A stretch of DNA of 64,000 nucleotides from Zootoca vivipara (lineage: Eukaryota). Location of the stretch: assembly GCF_963506605.1 (NCBI RefSeq), contig NC_083283.1, positions 72,850,001 through 72,914,000 on the forward strand, given 5' to 3'. This document shows positions 36,822 through 48,154 of the stretch, in pieces. Both the position numbers and the translations under genes were made by a program. How positions within the stretch are numbered: the stretch's first letter is position 1; each line of letters starts with the position of its first letter. The notes under the pieces were generated by a model, which did not search any database, was not told the origin of the DNA, and saw only the letters and a program-made list of their open reading frames with translations.

Positions 36822-37417
36822 TGTTAAGGATAGTAGAAGAGGATATATTGATTAAATATTATCCTTCCTTCACTCACGCTAGTGAGTCATGTAGCAGAGC
36901 AGATTCCCCTCAATACAGCAGAAAGCTAGTTTGCAGATTCATTTGAATCTCTTTATTTAACCAATCCACTCTGGCTTGATGAGACTGGATTATTCCTGAT
37001 GTCCCCTTTGATCCCTCTTAAAAGAATAAGGACAGAAGAGTCTTTCCTTAAAAGAAACAAGAAGTTTACTCACATTCAGTTCACAGTATGATCCCTAAAG
37101 GCAGATTTTAGCTTGTAGTTACAGAACATAATGTGAGTTCATCCCTTACGGGGATTGGGCCTATGTGCTGCTGGCTGGGAGCCAGCAGACAGCAAAATAC
37201 ATTAAGAGAACAGCATCAAGAGAACAAAATGGCAGCAGGAGAGTGGCCTGGCATCAAGAGAGAAAGATGGCTGCATGACTCGGTTCTTTTATGGAGACAG
37301 CCAGGGTCAACCCGTCTCCCTTGTCACATGCAGGGGCAGGAGGCTCCAGAGCAGTGGAACAGGAAGTTATACTGACTGAAGTAACACCCCCCTGCCTGTG
37401 TCCACTCTAGGGAAACA
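36822..37417 (-). mobile_element. Solo LTR (~596 bp), unrelated family
   Basis: TGTT...AACA termini; flanks GGGAA/AGGAA (4 of 5 match); AGTAAA poly(A)-like signal on the minus strand. Confidence 0.6.
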
Positions 37418-38370
37418 AGGAATGTTGTATTTGACTGCTCCAATGGATTATATCCCAAGCAGACAGAATGTGGAGACTGCCTTATGGGGTGGGCAGCAAG
37501 GAAGAAAGCTAGACTAGAACTGTCCTTCCCCTGGCTGGTTGGCTGTTTTGAACTTTGTGGGGCATAAGGCATTTAGACCAACTCAGGTTCTAACTAACTT
37601 TGACCAATGACAGCCAACTTGTTTACTGAGTATGCATCAAGATTTGTATGCAAGGAGACCGGAGTATTTAATGTGCATTCACTACTATTTGTTTGCTAGA
37701 TAATGTTGCCTCAAAGCAAGCATTATCCCACACTTTTCCACTGTTTTCCTATTATTTTGCTTATTGCAAAAATTCTGAGCTTTTGAGGAAGCAGGTTTGA
37801 TGCAGGAGACCTCCCAATCAGCTGTAATTGTGCAACCAAAAATTGCTGGAATGTGGTTAAATCCCACCTGAAAATAGTAACAATCTGGAAGCTCCCAATC
37901 AGAGAGGAAAACAGGTGAAGAAGATGGCTTCAGTTGTAGATTGTTCTCACATGTCAAGAGTAATGAATGCTGTTACTGTATTTGGACAAACCTGCACACT
38001 TTTGATCTATTAAGGATGATTCAACTCCCCCTCTACCGCCCCCAAGATGTAGTCTAGCCAACTGAAGGCTTAACAAAATTCCTGTTCTCACTGTGACAGT
38101 CATTATGAGGGGGTATTGAGCATCTGTGCGAGGCAAGAATGAATGGCTGATGGAATGAATTCAGCTAGGGATGACAGAGAATAACTAAGGAAATGGAAAA
38201 GGGAAGTGGAAATAGCTGTGGTTAGCAGCGGAATTCAATCAAGGGACTATGATTGGTATTCATTCGCATCGGTGTTGCTTATTTTAAGCCCACAAATGAT
38301 ACATTGTTGTGGCAGGGTGTGGGTTTTTTGTTTTGTTTTGATGTTTTCTTTACATTGAAATTGATAAAAT

Positions 38371-38440
38371 CTACGTAAATACTTACATGAGTTATGTAAC
38401 TTACATTAATGACGTAAATGACAGACGAGACCAAACGTCA
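38371..38440. promoter_or_regulatory. Cluster of PAR-bZIP (D-box)/CRE-like motifs
   Basis: GTTATGTAAC fits RTTAYGTAAY exactly; CTACGTAA, TTACATGA, TTACATTA, TGACGTAA and CGTCA lie within 70 bp. Confidence 0.35.
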
Positions 38441-39621
38441 GCAGAATGGAAACAGCACTGGTTGCAATGACTACAGGCTGAAGTGGAAATCAGCACCTTC
38501 TGACAGTCCTATATTCAGCAGAAATATTCAGGTCTGGTTCAAGACAGGGAATTGCAGAAAAGAATGCTAAGATTCCCTTTCAAATGGCTCTATCTGGCAT
38601 GATCACCAGTAACATAATAAGACTAAAACCACATGTAGTGGAAGAGCTGTGTGCATGAATGAACATGATTCATGTAACATTATTCCACTGCTCTCCTGCA
38701 TGCTTATATTATCAGAAATAGTGTGGAAGAGCGTTGTAACTGTCATTGAGAGTAGTGTGAGATGGAGCTGTTGGGGAATGGCAGCCATGCTTAAAGAACC
38801 TCCGGACTCTTCTTCATAAAATCTGTTCTTATCTAGAAACCACAGAAAAATACAACTGCAGGTTTTGTAGTAGTAGTAAAAAAGAGCAGTTTTAACACCT
38901 TTCTACCACCAAGCTGGTTTTTCTGGAAGGAAAAAGACAACAACTGCAGCATGCTAGGAAAATAAAAGGATGTGTGTATGATATGAATTTCAGAATGAAT
39001 GAGGAATGAGTGAGTGAATGGCTAGCATGTAAGAAGGTTGCTGCTTGCAGTTCTGGTTGCTATTGCTATGCTAATGCTTTCTCTGCTGCTCAGAAGTCCA
39101 GCTGCTGACAGTAATCAAAAGCACAGTGGTTGAGGACCAGAGAATTCACGAGAAACTGACTTAGACATGAATGGTTGGCTTTTTCCACATTGTGTGATAG
39201 AAGTGTAAATTCATTTTGTATAATCTCTTCTTTGCAACGTGTGACAATGCCTTATGCCCACCTGCATGTTCCCAAGAGGCTGGGAATCAAAGGAACTGAG
39301 GAAACCACAACAGGTGAAGACCACAGAGAAGTGTCAGACCCAGGCTCTATCTCCACATAATCCCATCATAAAAAATGCAGGAGAAAGCCTTACCTAGGAT
39401 GCTTTAAATCTGTAGTCCTACATGTGCTTTAAAAGGACAACCATTTACCTTGAAGTTATTTGTGTTTGTGTAATTTTAGATATCTGTCACTTTATCTGAA
39501 GAGGTCAAGATTTTTGCTCCCCCACCTCGAAGGGCCATATGAAGCAGTGGGTGAATAGTTGGGGGGCTGTGTGCCTATGGGTGTGGCTGGAGCTGGTAGT
39601 GGACTGGTCATAGGTGGGGAA

Positions 39622-40172
39622 TTGGACTACTGCAACACACTCTATGTGGGGCTACCTTTGAAGGTGACCCGGAAAGTACAACTAATCCAGAATGCAGCAG
39701 CTAGACTGGTGACTGGGAGTGGCCGCTGAGACCACATAACACCAGTTCTGAAAGACCTACATTGGCTCCCAGTACGTTCCTGAGCACAATTCAAAGTGTT
39801 AGTGCTGACCTTTAAAGCCCAAAAAAGCTTTGGCCCAGTATACCTGAAGGAGCATCTCCACCCCCATTGTTCAGCCCAGACACTGAGGTCCAGCTCTGAG
39901 GGCCTTCTGGTGGTTCCCTCACTGCGAGAAGTGAGCTTACAGGGAATAAGGCAGAAGGCCTTCTCAGTAGTGGTGCCCACCTTGTGGAATGCCCTGCCAT
40001 CAGATGTCAAGGAAATAAACAACAACCTGACTTTTAGAAGACATCTGAAGGCATCCCTGTTTAGGGAAGTTTTTTAATGTTTGAGGTTTTATTGTATGTT
40101 TTTAAATTTTGTTGGGAGTCACCCAGAGTGGCTGAGGAAACCCAGCCAAATGGACGGGGTATAAATAAATAA

Positions 40173-40211
<39 letters not shown>
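39622..40211 (+). mobile_element. L2 LINE 3' fragment with (TAT)n tail
   Basis: LDYCN...LHWLPV...FKVLVLTFKA...LWNALP ORF2 motifs. Confidence 0.93.
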
Positions 40212-40213
<2 letters not shown>

Positions 40214-40616
40214 CACACATGCATACACACTTGCACATGGGATGGAGATATGCCTTCTGGGAGGGTTAACCATAACATTCGCCATCACTGTCACATCTTC
40301 CCAGCCCAGCAAACACTGCACTGGGAAAGGATGGTGTGTGGCAATGACCAACTGTGTGCCAGCCTCACTGTGTCTATTGTACGCCTTCCAGCCTGTACAA
40401 CACCTGTTTGGATAGAACTCAGTTGTGATGGAAAGGATGGTGTGCATGAATGACTCTGTTTGCCATCCTTCCCATCCCAATTGCACAGCTTGGCATGGTA
40501 GGAGGAATTCAGCTTAGGCGGCTTGGACATCTGTATGGACCACACTGAATGCCTTTAAAGTCCATGTGCTGCCCACCTGTGACTTGATCCAAAATAGACT
40601 GCTTTAACTATACATC

Positions 40617-40683
40617 TATGGTCCATGCTATGGTCCATGGGGTCATGAAGAGTCGGACACGACTAAACGACTAAACAACAACA
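40617..40683 (+). mobile_element. 67-bp Bov-B 3' tip
   Basis: GTCCATGGGGTCATGAAGAGTCGGACACGACTAAAC + CAA tail; 11-bp TSD AACTATACATC. Confidence 0.9.
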
Positions 40684-41144
40684 AACTATACATCAGAGAA
40701 TGAGAACAACCTTGGGTTCTTTACAAGCTGGTGTGGCCCAGCAGGTAACAGTGTAAGGAAATCTTGGCTCAGTTCTTTCTTCAGGTATGAACACACAAAA
40801 TGGTCTTAGATAAACTGCTGTTCTCTCAGCATTAATATCTCTCCAACCCCTGCAATCTGAATAATAATGGCCTACCACGCAGAATTGTTCTTGATTATAG
40901 TACAGTATGATGTTCACTGAACATTTAAAATGAAGAGCTATTGAGATGTATAATTATTCTTATATATTTCATGCACTCTTTATATTCAAGAGTAATTTTT
41001 CCACAAGGAAGGTCACATTCTGTGAAACCCAGTGGAGAGACATGAGTTTTTATGTCACTGATGTACCATGTAATACATGATAAACAACAATTTTACTTGC
41101 TTTCACTAAACATGATTTATTTTTCTTTGTTTGCTAGCTTTTTA

Positions 41145-41204
41145 AAATAGTTTATCTATTGTTTTGAAATTTCTAAATAGCTTATCTATTGTTTTGAAAT
41201 TCTC
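41145..41204. repeat. 30-bp tandem duplication
   Basis: AAATAG(T/C)TTATCTATTGTTTTGAAATT present twice. Confidence 0.85.
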
Positions 41205-41442
41205 TTATCTACCCAATATTGATTGATCTCAGGACAGGATTTCTCTCTCACCCCCACACACCCACACCCACCCCACCTATGCTTCACCCCTGCTCAATTT
41301 GCTCACCAACTCTACTTACTACTTACTATACCCACTAAGCATCACCAACACCAACCCACTCCCTAGACCTCAGTAATTCCTCCCCAATTCCTCCTGTTCC
41401 CACCATATGCCACCACTACAGCCAAGCAAATTGAATAGTTGA

Positions 41443-42045
41443 TGTCATGGACTGGTTGGATCCAGTAGAATGGTGGGAGGAACCAGCTGGGAACCACAAA
41501 GGGAATAAGACTCAGAGCTGGTGAGTGGTGGGACACTGATGAGTGGGAAGAGGGAGAAGACTGGGAAGAGGAGGTGTTGGAAGCTGAAAAGGTAATGGCT
41601 TAGTGAGCTGGGGGAGTCTGTGGCAGAGGGAAATCCAGAATCAGAGGCAGAAGCTGAAGCAGGAGAGTGGGATGAGGGAGGCCAAGCGGCAGAGAGGAGG
41701 CTGGTGAAGTGTAACAGGTGTCTCCACTTCTTGCTGTGACAAGCTCCCCTCCCCTTTGTCTCCAAGAACCAGAAGAGGCATGAAAAGGGCAGTGGAGAGG
41801 TTGGCTGCATGCAGGCACAGTCCTCGATTTATTGCAAAAAGCCCTGAAGAGCTTAAACCTAGACAGTTCTGGGGCGCTGGGAACATTCAGTCTTGACAAC
41901 TGATGCATGGGGAAAGACCTAGCAGAGATGAGCTGCAGCACTCATTAGGCCTGATACTCAGCCAAGTAATGATTGTGTTTTTTGCTAAGAAAGAGTTAAC
42001 TCCAACTTTCAATGGTATGATTTCCTGCCAGCTTGTTCTTTGACA
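41443..42045 (+). mobile_element. Solo LTR (603 bp) with a decayed acidic/basic ORF
   Basis: TGTCA...TGACA termini; flanks GTTGA/GTTGG (4 of 5 match). Confidence 0.7.
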
Positions 42046-43788
42046 GTTGGCTTGGCAGGAGGAACACCACAGGATAGAGCTGCCATGGCTGCCTTAACTG
42101 TGCTGACTCTTCGTCCTAATACTCAAGAGCAGCAGGCAATTACCAGGCCAGCAGACCACTTTCCTCTTTCCCATGCCGTTCCTCCTCCTGCCAGGTAAAC
42201 TCTTCAGCTTCAGCAGTGGCAGCAGAAACAGTGAACCATCAAGCTGACTAGGGAGAGGAAGGTAGCCAGTACCAGTGCTTGCAGGCCTGAAAAACTTGGT
42301 CATGGGGACAGGGGCCTCCAAACTGGCAAGTTAACAAGAACACAGAATGCAAGGAGGGGCCTGTTCCGGCCTGTTCTAGCTGTCTCTCTGCAGCTCACCT
42401 GGGCCATCCATCCAACATATCTCATCACACTTTAGTTTGCAGCAGCGCCTGACTGTGGCCATTAAACCGCAGCATGATGACATTATTACATTTTTATAAT
42501 AAGTATGTGTGCATAGCTTAACAGAATCACAATAAACATTAGAATCATACAGATCAGCAACTAGGCTTTATTGCAAGATAGATGATGCTATCAGTAGGGC
42601 ACAGATAACTCTAAGCCTGATGCAGTCAACAGTCTGCCCAACATTGGTTAAAACCAGGGCTCTCCCCTCCCCCCAGCCAGAATGACTGGGTTTTCCCAGA
42701 CATTTTAACCGATTGTCAAAAATTCCACCTGGACACCATTTTTGAAGGACGAATCCCAGCTATGCCTGGGAAATTCTGGATGTATGACAGCCCTAGCTGG
42801 AACTCTATTCTGGCACCTCTCAGGTTGGTGCCATTGCCATTATAAGAGAACAGCACCCCCTTTTCTAGAAAAATGACATTGGTTACAGCGTTCTTGCTTT
42901 GGGATCCCTCTGTGGAGTAGTGGATAGACCAACGCCCTGAAAGAGGGGTAACAGCAGGTTCTGAGCTCTTTGGCATAGTAACCAACAAAGCCATTCCAGA
43001 ATTAATTTGGTTTTCCTGAACTTGACAACTGTGAGTTTACCCATCCTTAGATTTAAAAAAATGGGGACCGTTACCTTCTCTGTGTTGGTCAATTGATGAG
43101 CCAGTGTTGGGGATATGTAATGAGAACTGTGATTGTTTGAGAAATTACCCACATTTCATTTCCCATTAAATCGGAGAGCCCAAGCCTGCCCTGTGTCACG
43201 AGAGTCTGTTAGCTGATTGTGTGATATAGTAACTACAAGCCTCGAATAACAATGAAAGCCATGTAATGAGCATTGTACTTGGCGTATTATAAGTCACAGC
43301 CTAATAATTCAGTTTACTTTCCAGTAATTACCTGTAGACTTCTAAATTATTCCCTTGCTGTTGATGTTCATTAGTCACTGGAAATAAAAATGGCAAGGAA
43401 ACCAGTAGTGCATAATTTGGAACTTTTTTTTTAATGTTTATGGATTTCTTGGGATGATTAGAAAATAGAAGTATCACTATTATTTTGGCTGGATCGATCT
43501 ATTTAATACCCATCTTCTCAAGGACAACGATTTAACATCACTGGAAGTATTATTCTTTGGATGTATTTTGCTCTCCTTCATTAGTAGTAGATAATAACAA
43601 AGTGAAGATTTAAACACACACATGCCACTTGAAGGACATTCAGTTCCTGGGTTACTGTCCGACACATTTTTTTCTTTTTACCTGAAACCTATACTGAATT
43701 ATATTTAATAAAATTCTTTTCCCCCATATTATTTTTATTAGTTTTCAATTACAGTCCAATAATAGCCTCATTATAACAATATCAATCT

Positions 43789-43897
43789 TTGTGTTGTTGT
43801 TTAGTCGTTTAGTCGTGTCCGACTCTTCGTGACCCCATGGACCATAGCACGCCAGGCACTCCTGTCTTGCACTGCCTCCCGCAGTTTGGTCAAACTC
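43789..43897 (-). mobile_element. Short Bov-B insertion inside a probable L1 3' remnant
   Basis: About 3 mismatches versus the matching part of 27782-28054; 10-bp TSD ATATCAATCT. Confidence 0.92.
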
Positions 43898-45493
43898 ATA
43901 TCAATCTATAATACAATTATTAATACCAATCTTTCAAATACTGATATAATTTAGATGATGATGATGATATTATCTTGAATTTATATTCCACCCTATACCC
44001 GGGGGTCTCAGGGCAGTTCACAGAATAAAAATAAAGTGGTCCCCCGTGTGCAAGATTTGATGGTTTGATGATTTTCTTTATTTCTGCATTTCAAAATCTT
44101 CTTAATTTCAGTTACGTTCCAGTCATAATAATAATCCCAAGTACAACAATTGCAATATTAATAACTTCTGTTTGTGTTGACACCTTAAATGATCTATAAA
44201 ACTACAAGAGAGGAACTCAAAATATATCCTTATTCTTCCTGTGTTTTTTTCTGTCTCTGGTGTTTCTTCCTGTGCTTGAAGATGCTTTTTCCCTTGGTTG
44301 TTGGTGTTATCCGTCATGCCTTGGGCAGAGATGATATCCCATTGCTGTTCCAGAAATTTTTCCATCACTCCATTACGTACTTTTTTTTTCAACTTTGACA
44401 ACAGCTGCAAATGTCACTCTGTCACAGTAAATAACCTATTTTCATCATTTCCCCTCTCAGCCTGGGAATAAGAGTGGTCTGCCAAACTGCAGATGACAAA
44501 AAAATAAAATATTACCAGTTCATTGGCAGTTCACAGACTCCTTTTATCCTTCCAACTAAATATATATGAGCAATTACACTTCAAATTAAATTAAATTCAA
44601 AGTTCTCTTAACGTTATTCAGCTCACTTCGTAAATAATAAAATGGGGAAGAGTCAGCTCTAAGTTTCCATCATAAACCTTTTGCAAAATAGAACTTCCCC
44701 CCTTTTCTTTTTCTTTTACACATGCTGTTCTGTTTGATGTTATATTCCATATTTATAATCCAATTTCTTCCATCCCCACTTGTAAAAATATAATTTGAAC
44801 TAACATTCAGAGGAGGGTGGCCAAATCATAAATGTAGAGAAGAAAACTTTAAATAAAGAAACCACAGCCCCCCCCCCTCCCCACTCCACTGTCTTTTGCA
44901 ATGAATGAAATCTTATCTCAAGTTCAAACCTTAAAGTACTTGCAGCTGGTTTGCTTCGCAGTTTGTGATCTCATCTCTTCTAGCACACACCTGTATTTAA
45001 GTCCATTTAAGCTCTAATTAACAGGAGAACTTATGCTTTTTAATGGCAGCAATAGAGGGTTTTTGGCAGGTAAAGTGCTTTTGCACTCAGCACCTCCCTG
45101 CCCGCCCCCCCCCCCGCATCCCATGCTGGAGTGAAAGTCAGGTAGCAAGGCGAATTGCGAGTGAAGCCTGCTCCCTCCCTCCCCCCCCCTCCCTGGAGGG
45201 AATTTGCAAGGATAATTACCTTCAATCATCCTTGATCTCCCATTGTCATGGGGGCTGCCTCCATTAAGGCGGATCAGCACAGGAAGCCTTTAATAAAATG
45301 GTTTTAAGCCACTGATTTTCAGACATTGTTCAGGAAACAATGTTTTATCAGGTTTCCCCTCAATAAGAAGATAAGCAAAAGCAAAACTAATTAACGAAAC
45401 AAAAAATTCTGAAAAGACAGCTTGTTTGACATTATGAATCTTCTCCAATTTCACACTGGTTTTATTGTGCAACATCACCTTATTTGGCATTGT

Positions 45494-45804
45494 AAAGGCA
45501 CTCATCTCGCTCTATAGGCCGAGGGAGCCAGCGTTTGCCCGCAGACAGCTTCTGGGTCATGTGGCCAGCATGACTAAACCACTTCTGGCGAACCAGAGCA
45601 GCGCACGGAAATTCTGTTTACCTTCCCGCTGTAGCGGTACCTATTTATCTACTTGCACTTTGACGTGCTTTCGAACTGCTAGGTTGGCAGGAGGAGGGAC
45701 CGAGCAATGGGAGCCCACCCCGTCGCAGGGATTTGAACCACTGACCTTCTGATCGGCAAGCCCTAGGCTCTGTGGTTTAACCCATAGCGCCAACCACACC
45801 CCTC
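45494..45804 (-). mobile_element. Sauria SINE with a ~45-nt deletion next to the tail
   Basis: 13-bp TSD TATTTGGCATTGT (45481-45493, 45805-45817). Confidence 0.92.
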
Positions 45805-47194
45805 TATTTGGCATTGTGGTGAACCCTAAAAACCTCAAATCTTACATTAACTGAGTATGCACCATAGGACCGCCCCCCCCCCCGATTGAAGTGCAACTGA
45901 CAAGGGTTTTGTAGCAAAGATTCAGCGGCTCCTGTAGAAAGGATTCTCCAAAGATAGCGAGTTTGAAATTTTTAAGTGCCTTGGTTTGCCTCATCATTTT
46001 ATCGTAATAGAGTTGATAGGTTAGGCAGGCTTTGAATTTGCCTTACCACAACAATTCAAAGCGGTACAATGCCAAAACTGAGAGAGGTTTTATAAGAATT
46101 GAGGGTCAAATGATTCAGAACCATGACAGGAAGGGAGAGGAAGTTTAACCCTTTATCTCTTACCATGATCCTGACAAATACACCTCTCATCAATGCTCCT
46201 ATTTGTATTGGAAGAAAAACTCCCATTGGTACCAATGGGACCTTTTCTGCACATACAAATAGTAGCTGCTGGAAGGGGGGGTGACATTCTTTTGGACTAT
46301 GGTGGGGAAATGGATAAAATTCCCCACTCAACAAAGTCCCAGTGCTGACTGCCTTCCCCTTTCACCTACAATTTAATGCAACATGTAAACTGGTCCTCAG
46401 AACAACTCTGATATCCATTCTCTCACCGCCTCCCCCTCATTTCTTAAATTAAATGTCAGAATTAAATACTGGTTCCCTCTTTCTATGTAAATACATCCTG
46501 ATGTCCTTGATTTGACATATCACTTTGCAAAACAGTATTAAAATGCAAATTGAAAGATGTCAACTGTTGAGCTCATTCAATCCATGCATTTGCAAAATAA
46601 AGACTTATTAGTTCATAAGATAGTTACATGTGTAATCACTTTTCCCAAAAATGCACAAACCAGATCAATTCTTTCTCTCTTTTAGGTTAATAATAATAAT
46701 GCTATTTTGAATATTAACTAAAGTAAGCAATAAATGATCTTAGTTTGTAATTAAATTAAATTAACTTATTTTATTTGACTTACCTAAATTTGCCATCCAT
46801 TTGAGTATCACTGGAGAGATAAAGTCAATCTCAAGACCATGATTAGGGGATCATTTTAGATTGCAATCTATCCTATAAATGCTTATCTAGGAAGAAGTCC
46901 CATTGAACACAGTGGTCTGAGTAGACATGCATAGGATTGGACTGCAAATTTTCTTTTTCCTCCTGCACAATCTGTGCTCCAATACAGAAATGTCACCCTG
47001 ATTGTTATTTTAAAGAGAGGAGAGGGGTGTTTCTAGAAGTGGCTCATTGGTAACCCGGAAGGAGGAACCTAGCCTGGCTGTAAACACTTCTAAATTGGGT
47101 GTCCATCTTGTAGCAACACTGTAACTTAGGCCTTCCCTGATGCCTTGTTTCCTCCTGATCTTTACCTTCCACATAGTGCATTGCATCTTAAGGA

Positions 47195-47362
47195 CGTAGG
47201 AAGCTACCTTATACCAAATCAGAGCATATGCACATCTAGTTCAGTGTTGTCTATGTATGTTTGTTGGAAGGGCTGTCCAGTGTCCATGGTTTCAGGCAGG
47301 AGTCTTTCACAGTACTACCTGGAGACATCAGGGATGCATATATTCCACCAATGAGTTATGAG
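47195..47362 (-). mobile_element. Old tRNA-derived SINE
   Basis: GTAGGAAGCTACCTTATACC...CATCTAGTTCAGT...CCTGGAGACATCAGGGAT, a common squamate SINE pattern. Confidence 0.5.
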
Positions 47363-47653
47363 TTTCTCCCAACTCATTTTGGACCTCCCCTTTTACTAGA
47401 GCCATTAGATGGCTTTGTTTGAAGTTTGGTGCTGAAGTTTGGCTCCTTATTGATTGCATGTGGCCCTACTTTTCAAATGCATGTGCTTGCAGAGGTAACT
47501 GTGCCCCAATCAATTTAGTTTAGATATAAACAGCAGCAAACAAAATGTTTGAAGTCTACAAAGAAGCAAAATTGGCAGTTGCGACAGAGGACCCTCTTGC
47601 ACCCTTAACAGTTGTGTATAAAAGGGAAGCTACACCTATTGAAATTCCCTCTG

Positions 47654-48154
47654 CAGTGGAACCTTGGTTCTCAAACTTAATCCATTCCAGAAGTCCATTC
47701 AACTCCCAAAACCATTCAGAAACCAAGGCATGGTTTCTGATTGGCTGCAGGAGCTTCCTGCACTCAAGCAGAAGCTACATCGGACATTCGGCTTCCAATT
47801 GGACTACTGCAATGCGCTCTACGTGAGGCTACCTTTGAAGGTGACCCGGAAACTGCAATTAATCCAGAATGTGGCAGCAAGACTGGTGACTGGGAGTGGC
47901 TGCCGAGACCACATGACACTGGTCCTAATAGACCTACATTGGCTCCCAGTATGTTTCCGAGCACAATTCAAAGTGTTGGTGCTGACCTTTAAAAGCCCTA
48001 AATGGCCTCGGGTCTGTATACCTGAAGGAGCATCTCCACCCCCATCGTTCAGCCCGGACACTGAGATCCAGCGCCGACGGCCTTCTGGCAGTTCCCTCAC
48101 TGCAAGAAGCAAAGCTACAGGGAACTAAGCCATTCATGAACCAAGGTTCCACTG
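47654..48154. mobile_element. Tc1/mariner MITE containing an internal L2 ORF2 segment (47799-48126)
   Basis: Perfect 17-bp TIR CAGTGGAACCTTGGTTC; TG/TA flanks; internal LDYCNALY...LHWLPV...FKVLVLTFK. Confidence 0.88.

Noticed and set aside
44123-44410. Possible exon (MEKFLEQQWDII...)
   Set aside because: No recognisable protein or clear splice pair; it follows L1-3'-like T/A-rich sequence and is probably a decayed LINE.
39620-48126. The L2 piece at 47799 copied from the L2 at 39622 (same AATTGGACTAC start)
   Set aside because: Diagnostic bases differ; 39622 groups with the 52.6-kb copy. The shared start is probably coincidence.
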